From the IMG/VR virus record IMGVR_UViG_3300048507_001022, positions 1-61,690 of that record: a stretch of DNA of 61,690 bases, one strand, 5' to 3'. Made by a program: the position numbers and the translations under genes. Source of the stretch: a virus. Taxonomy: Duplodnaviria; Caudoviricetes. The notes under the pieces were generated by a model that saw nothing but the letters and a program-made list of their open reading frames with translations, searched no databases and was not told the origin of the DNA. Shown one piece after another: positions 57,119-61,690 of this stretch. Positions within the stretch are counted from its first letter, which is position 1; each line of letters begins with the position of its first letter.

Positions 57119-57391
57119 ATGAAAAAAGTATCATTAAACAAAGATGGAACTCCCCGCAAACGCCGTAATTCAGGCAAAAAAGGCGGTTCAACTATTGTTT
57201 CCTTGTCGATTGACGAGATCTTAGAGCTCGCATCACAAGAAGTATCTTGTATCCCCGTAAGTCAAGATTGGGTCAAAGGAAGGCTTTATGCAAACTACCT
57301 TGCAAACAAAAAAGTTTCCCATGATTTTTCTGAATTACAATCAGCAGAAGACAAGATTGAATATGCAATAACATCTTTTGATAATGAATAA
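57119..57391 (+). CDS. hypothetical protein with basic N-terminus
   Basis: KDGTPRKRR motif; first gene after promoter. Confidence 0.6.
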   Translation: MKKVSLNKDGTPRKRRNSGKKGGSTIVSLSIDEILELASQEVSCIPVSQDWVKGRLYANYLANKKVSHDFSELQSAEDKIEYAITSFDNE

Positions 57392-58310
57392 TTATTTTTC
57401 TCATTTAATAGGTCAAGATAACGTCAAGAAAAAGTTAAACTTTTATCTTAAAGCTTATCACGCAACAAGTGTTTGTCCGTTCCTCAACTTAGTAGGAGCA
57501 AAAGGTCTCGGCAAAACTTTGTTTGCAAAAGAATTCGCGAAGAATCTTAACAATAAAGACGGCAGCAAGCGACCATTTTTAGAATTAAATTGCTCTACGA
57601 TCAAAAACAACGAGCAATTTTTTGAACAAATTTTTATTCCATTGATCATGAATAATGAGATTACTATTCTGTTTGATGAAGCGCATGCTTTGCCTAAAGA
57701 TTTAACGATGGCTTTTCTGACTATTTTTAATACAGAAAAAACCAACACAAAAGAATTTGTTTATGACGATCAGACATTTACTTTTGATTTCACGAAGCAA
57801 ACTTTTATTTTTGCTACGACAGAAAGTGATAAATTGTTTCCTCCATTAAAAGATAGGCTTAGTACAGTTGATTTTGAACAATACTCTTCTAATGATCTTT
57901 CAGATATTATTAAGCTTAACTGCGAAGGAATTAACTTTAGCGAAGACGCTCTAAATGCACTATCCCTAACTGTTCGCGGTAATGCTAGAAATGCAGTTAT
58001 GCGTTCAAAAGAAATTGTTTTGTATTGCGAGTCAGAAAATCAAAATACGTTTACTATGGCAGATTATAATAAACTTACTGACTTGTTGGGCATTCTTCCT
58101 CACGGAATTACATGTACAGAAAAACAAATTCTACAGATTTTAGATGACAGAGGTAGCTGCAAACTACAAACTCTTTCTGCTGTGACAGGCTTAAGTCCTA
58201 CTTCTCTCAGAAGAGATCACGAAGTGTATCTTTTGAGAAAGAATTTTATTCAAATAGATGGAGAAAGAAAAATTACAAATTTTGGTAAAACACTCATTCA
58301 ATCAATATAA
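57378..58310 (+). CDS. ruvB: RuvB-like Holliday junction branch migration ATPase
   Basis: IGQ..VK, GAKGLGKT, LFDEAH, ATT, PLKDR, RGNAR, C-terminal wHTH E.YLL...FI....R. Confidence 0.85.
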   Translation: MIMNNYFSHLIGQDNVKKKLNFYLKAYHATSVCPFLNLVGAKGLGKTLFAKEFAKNLNNKDGSKRPFLELNCSTIKNNEQFFEQIFIPLIMNNEITILFDEAHALPKDLTMAFLTIFNTEKTNTKEFVYDDQTFTFDFTKQTFIFATTESDKLFPPLKDRLSTVDFEQYSSNDLSDIIKLNCEGINFSEDALNALSLTVRGNARNAVMRSKEIVLYCESENQNTFTMADYNKLTDLLGILPHGITCTEKQILQILDDRGSCKLQTLSAVTGLSPTSLRRDHEVYLLRKNFIQIDGERKITNFGKTLIQSI

Positions 58311-58316
58311 TATAAT

Positions 58317-58511
58317 ATGACAGAACAAACAAAAAAAACAGTATATGTGGTCACACGAAATTCCAGAAGAATTGAAGAACGCAATTATGCCTCCAAAGAA
58401 GATGCTGAATCTCGAGCGCAGCAATTAGTTACAGTGCTGAAAACATGGAAAGACCCAGATCAGAATAAAGTTCGCGTAGTTAAAACAGATCGTCCTACAA
58501 AAATCAGATAA
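58317..58511 (+). CDS. hypothetical protein
   Basis: 64-aa ORF within the operon. Confidence 0.6.
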   Translation: MTEQTKKTVYVVTRNSRRIEERNYASKEDAESRAQQLVTVLKTWKDPDQNKVRVVKTDRPTKIR

Positions 58512-59023
58512 TGGATTCTCTTCCTACCCAAGAACAGTTTCTTTCTTTTGAAGAAATGGCCAAGAAAAAAGGTTATTCGCCTGAATATGTTGGTAGAAAA
58601 AATGAATACAAAAGTGTTTCTCACATCTTCAAGGCAAAAGGAAAAGATGGAAAACCTATCTTCTTGAGATTTGATTTGAAGAAAGCTAAAAATCTAAAGC
58701 AAAATCAAGACTGGATTTGGATTGAGTTTAAAAACTCTGAAGGAGAAAATGGGTGGATTCACGGCGATTCTCATTTTGTAGCTTTCGAAAGACAAAAAGA
58801 TTTTGTTATAGTTAATCGATCTGAGCTTCTATCATGGTTAAGTTCTGGAGAAAAAATTCGGTATGATTTACCTTTTGTGTCTCTAGCTAAAAAAGCTAAA
58901 TACAGAATATATAAACGCGCAGGAAAAAAAGATGAAATTACTCAAATTCATTTTAAAGATTTGAAAAAATTAGAATCTTTTCAAGTGTGGAATAAAGAAT
59001 ATGCCGAACCAGATCAAATTTGA
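58511..59023 (+). CDS. PD-(D/E)xK-fold-like protein, possibly degenerate
   Basis: FDLKK...WIEF.N..G..GWI.G....AFE. Confidence 0.5.
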   Translation: MDSLPTQEQFLSFEEMAKKKGYSPEYVGRKNEYKSVSHIFKAKGKDGKPIFLRFDLKKAKNLKQNQDWIWIEFKNSEGENGWIHGDSHFVAFERQKDFVIVNRSELLSWLSSGEKIRYDLPFVSLAKKAKYRIYKRAGKKDEITQIHFKDLKKLESFQVWNKEYAEPDQI

Positions 59024-59468
59024 TCTAACTTATCTTAAAATGGCTCGAACTTGGGCATCTCTATCTCAAGCCAATAGAAAAAAAGTTGGATGCTTGATAG
59101 TGAAAGATGGAATGATTATTTCGGATGGTTATAACGGAACACCAAAAGGTTTTGATAATTCTTGCGAAACAAGTATCATGCCAGAATCTATAGCTCCAAA
59201 TGATTTAAATATGCATCCACCAAATGCGTTGATAACCAAACCCGAGGTTTTACATGCAGAAAGTAATGCTATCACAAAGCTCGCCAAATCAACTCAATCT
59301 AGCGTTGGTGCTACATTATATACCACAGCTTCGCCATGTATTGACTGCGCTAAATTGATTATACAATCTGATATACATAGAGTTGTTTATGATGAGCTAT
59401 ACAGGGATTCCAAAGGAATTGATTTGCTTAAACAGGCAAATGTTATAGTTGAAGCTTGTAATATTTAA
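59001..59468 (+). CDS. dCMP deaminase
   Basis: GYNGTP, HAESNA, PCIDC. Confidence 0.93.
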   Translation: MPNQIKFDLTYLKMARTWASLSQANRKKVGCLIVKDGMIISDGYNGTPKGFDNSCETSIMPESIAPNDLNMHPPNALITKPEVLHAESNAITKLAKSTQSSVGATLYTTASPCIDCAKLIIQSDIHRVVYDELYRDSKGIDLLKQANVIVEACNI

Positions 59469-59483
59469 TTTACTATTATCGAC

Positions 59484-60050
59484 ATGATCGAAAGTATACT
59501 AATTATAATTATATTAGCTTTATGCTACAAACTTTATGGGCGCGAGGCAGAAGATGACAATTTTGAATTAGATGATTTGCGAAATGAAAATGAGTTTTTA
59601 AAATTAAAAATCAATGAACACACAGTAGAATCAAAAGGTAGAGAAGATAATTTAACGAAGATTATTAATGAACTACAAACATCTATTCCAAAAGATAGAG
59701 AAGATTTCGAGAAAAGAAACGGCCTTCAAGCACAACAGATAAAAGAGCTTGAGGAAAAGCTCGATAGTGAGACTGAGGCTCGCAAGAAAGTCCTTTCTCA
59801 AAAGAAGAGCGGGGAAGTTAGACTTGGGCATATAGCGGAGACCCTAGCCCCCTTCTTGGATCAATTTGAATTTGATCCAGAGAGATGTTCCTTTATGGGT
59901 AAACCAATTGATTATATATCATTCGGAGATGATGAGATAACTTTTATAGAAGTAAAAAGCGGTAACGCACAATTAAATCAAAGACAAAGACAAATTAAAA
60001 AATTAGTAGAACAAAAAGCAATATCATGGAAAGAAGTAAGGATAAAATAA
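59484..60050 (+). CDS. membrane-anchored Holliday junction resolvase-like endonuclease
   Basis: N-terminal TM, coiled coil, G..AE.LAP, GKPIDYI, FIEVKSG...L...Q. Confidence 0.75.
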   Translation: MIESILIIIILALCYKLYGREAEDDNFELDDLRNENEFLKLKINEHTVESKGREDNLTKIINELQTSIPKDREDFEKRNGLQAQQIKELEEKLDSETEARKKVLSQKKSGEVRLGHIAETLAPFLDQFEFDPERCSFMGKPIDYISFGDDEITFIEVKSGNAQLNQRQRQIKKLVEQKAISWKEVRIK

Positions 60051-60466
60051 AAGTAAAGTTTAAAAAATTAAACAAACGCGCAGAAATCCCTTTTTACTCA
60101 AAAGATGGAGATGCGGGAATGGATTTAATCGCTACAACACTAGTTCGTACAGGCAAGTTTTCTGAATACGGTACAGATTTGGCCGTAGAGATACCTAGAG
60201 GGTATGCAGGATTGCTTTTTCCTAGATCCAGCATATCAAACACAGATCATTTTTTAAGAAACTCTGTAGGCGTTATTGATTCAGGTTATAGAGGAGAAAT
60301 TAAACTAAGAATGAGCATTCCGGCTTTAGGAGAAAAAGAATATCTCATGGGAGACAAAGTGGGTCAATTGGTTATCATTAAACTTCCTTGGGTGGAAGTC
60401 GAGGAAGCTGATGAACTTTCAGATACTGATCGTGGAGAAGGTGGATTTGGAAGTACAGGAAATTAA
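60026..60466 (+). CDS. dut: trimeric dUTPase
   Basis: AGMDL, PRSS, GVIDSGYRGE, RGEGGFGSTG. Confidence 0.97.
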   Translation: MERSKDKIKVKFKKLNKRAEIPFYSKDGDAGMDLIATTLVRTGKFSEYGTDLAVEIPRGYAGLLFPRSSISNTDHFLRNSVGVIDSGYRGEIKLRMSIPALGEKEYLMGDKVGQLVIIKLPWVEVEEADELSDTDRGEGGFGSTGN

Positions 60467-60476
60467 ATTTTAAGTC

Positions 60477-60505
60477 TTGACATTAAGCCTAATTTATGAG
60501 ATAAT
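60477..60505 (+). promoter_or_regulatory. sigma70-type promoter, leaderless
   Basis: TTGACA-17 nt-GATAAT with extended TG, then 6 nt, then ATG 60512. Confidence 0.75.
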
Positions 60506-60511
60506 ACTAGC

Positions 60512-60760
60512 ATGTTCAATATTAAATCAAAGTTAAAAAACAAAGTTATGAAAAATCAAGATCAACGTTATTTCGTAGTATATAAGAATGCAGAAGACGA
60601 GGTTAAGACTTATGAAATTGGTCGCCCTCAATTAGCAGATTCTTTTGGAAACAAGGAAGAAGAAAGAAACAATATTGGATTCAAGGCTTTTTGCTTTGGT
60701 CGCCAAGAATTTCGCTCTTTTCGTCACGACAGAATTGTTTCTCTAACACGAGCATCGTGA
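60512..60760 (+). CDS. stand-alone WYL-like domain protein
   Basis: AFC..RQEFRSFRHDRI signature. Confidence 0.65.
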   Translation: MFNIKSKLKNKVMKNQDQRYFVVYKNAEDEVKTYEIGRPQLADSFGNKEEERNNIGFKAFCFGRQEFRSFRHDRIVSLTRAS

Positions 60761-60963
60761 ATGGAGCGATCATCAATTATTCTCTAAACAAATTTTGTCC
60801 TTTATTGATCATAGGGTTCCTCTTGTTATATAATTACGGTTACGCAACATGGGAGCCCTATATCATTATGGGGCTTATTTTTTTTATAGAGAAATTTAAT
60901 TTTAATGTGGGATATTCGGTTGCATTCTGTGAATTGAATAATATAAACATTAATCATGATTAA
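60757..60963 (+). CDS. small membrane protein (start revised from 60691)
   Basis: GTGA overlap with upstream stop; two hydrophobic segments. Confidence 0.5.
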   Translation: MNGAIINYSLNKFCPLLIIGFLLLYNYGYATWEPYIIMGLIFFIEKFNFNVGYSVAFCELNNININHD

Positions 60964-61151
60964 TGAAACTCTCCGAAGAGCAAGAAAGATTCTTTTTAAA
61001 ATTAATTGAAGAAATGCAAGAATTATCACTAGAGTTAATACATGCAGTGAATAAACCCAAAAAAAACAATCAATCTAAAATTCTTTCTGAGATACAGGAC
61101 GTAGAAACATATATTGAAAAAGTAAAAAATACTGTAAATACCTCCCTGTAA
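60963..61151 (+). CDS. minimal MazG-like NTP pyrophosphatase-fold protein
   Basis: EEMQEL....SEIQDV (EExxE / ExxD). Confidence 0.55.
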   Translation: MKLSEEQERFFLKLIEEMQELSLELIHAVNKPKKNNQSKILSEIQDVETYIEKVKNTVNTSL

Positions 61152-61158
61152 GTGTATT

Positions 61159-61680
61159 ATGAATAAAATTTTTATGTCTTCCAATCTATTCCACACGCCT
61201 CAACCAGATAATTTCCCAGAAGTTATTAATGCAGTTGTAGAGATACCAAAAGGTACAAATGTAAAGTATGAATACGACCACATCGAAGGTCATTTTGTAT
61301 ACGATCGAAGCTTACTTAGCCCAATGGTTTACCCTTCAAGCTATGGATTCATACCTCAAACAATAGGGCCTGATCACGATCCCCTAGATGTGCTTATTTA
61401 TAATAATACTCCCATAGATAGAGGCACCGTGGTGGAATCAAAAGTTCTTGGAGTTTTAGACATGGAGGATCAGGGAGAAAAAGATTATAAAGTATTAGTT
61501 ATTCCTACTTCTCACATTAGAGACCATTCATCAATTGAAGATATAGACCCATTATTCTTAAAATTATGCAAAAACTTTTTTGCGCATTACAAAGATTTAT
61601 CCCAAAAAAGAGTAGTTGTTCATGATTGGCACAGCAAAGAAGAAGCGTATAAAATTATCAATCAATCAAAATTAACTTAA
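61159..61680 (+). CDS. ppa: family I inorganic pyrophosphatase
   Basis: VEIPKG..VKYE, YP..YGFIPQT, DHDPLDV, MEDQGEKDYK, FF.HYK. Confidence 0.95.
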   Translation: MNKIFMSSNLFHTPQPDNFPEVINAVVEIPKGTNVKYEYDHIEGHFVYDRSLLSPMVYPSSYGFIPQTIGPDHDPLDVLIYNNTPIDRGTVVESKVLGVLDMEDQGEKDYKVLVIPTSHIRDHSSIEDIDPLFLKLCKNFFAHYKDLSQKRVVVHDWHSKEEAYKIINQSKLT

Positions 61681-61690
61681 AAATTATAAT

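Noticed and set aside
67-61029. Short antisense or nested ORFs of 60-130 aa (e.g. 67..282, 1813..2025, 20521..20799, 51013..51396, 57458..57748)
   Set aside because: Shadows of longer, well-supported genes, with no motifs or initiation signals
1-61690. CRISPR array, tRNAs, rRNA, integrase, transposase, introns or inteins
   Set aside because: None recognised; intergenic space is minimal and the conserved enzymes are uninterrupted
1-61690. Stop-codon reassignment
   Set aside because: TAA, TAG and TGA all end genes and standard-code ORFs tile the window

Overview
An AT-rich, densely coding segment of a large tailed-phage (siphovirus-like) genome read in the standard genetic code. The blocks are: (i) 1-4560, a leftward unit with dNMP kinase, a sigma70-family factor, SSB and a GT-B glycosyltransferase; (ii) 4699-17378, a rightward glycan-synthesis island of about 12 kb (about 8 glycosyltransferase-like genes, 2 methyltransferases, a HAD/nucleotidyltransferase fusion, GDPD-like and WavE-like genes) that also holds a Whirly-like protein and ends in a Rad52/Sak-like annealase; (iii) 17375-52465, an expanded lambda-like tail module (S74 fibre, 2528-aa fibre, gpI-gpJ fusion, K, L, double-M, four tail-tube paralogues, tape measure protein, neck genes, two paralogous fibres); (iv) 52505-61680, nucleotide metabolism and recombination genes (NDT-like, guaC, ruvB, dCMP deaminase, dut, ppa) and a complete tmRNA gene. 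Two promoter classes are visible: TTGACA-N16/17-TAnnnT promoters with the ATG at about +1 (leaderless), and a GTGTA(A/T) motif before structural genes. The strongest leads are a tape measure protein with AxG(F/Y/H)(I/V)PN(F/Y)A-delimited cassettes carrying a nuclease-like cargo, a phage Whirly-like ssDNA-binding protein, and a possible virion O-glycosylation system. All family calls come from motif recognition by eye; no searches were run and counts are hand counts.
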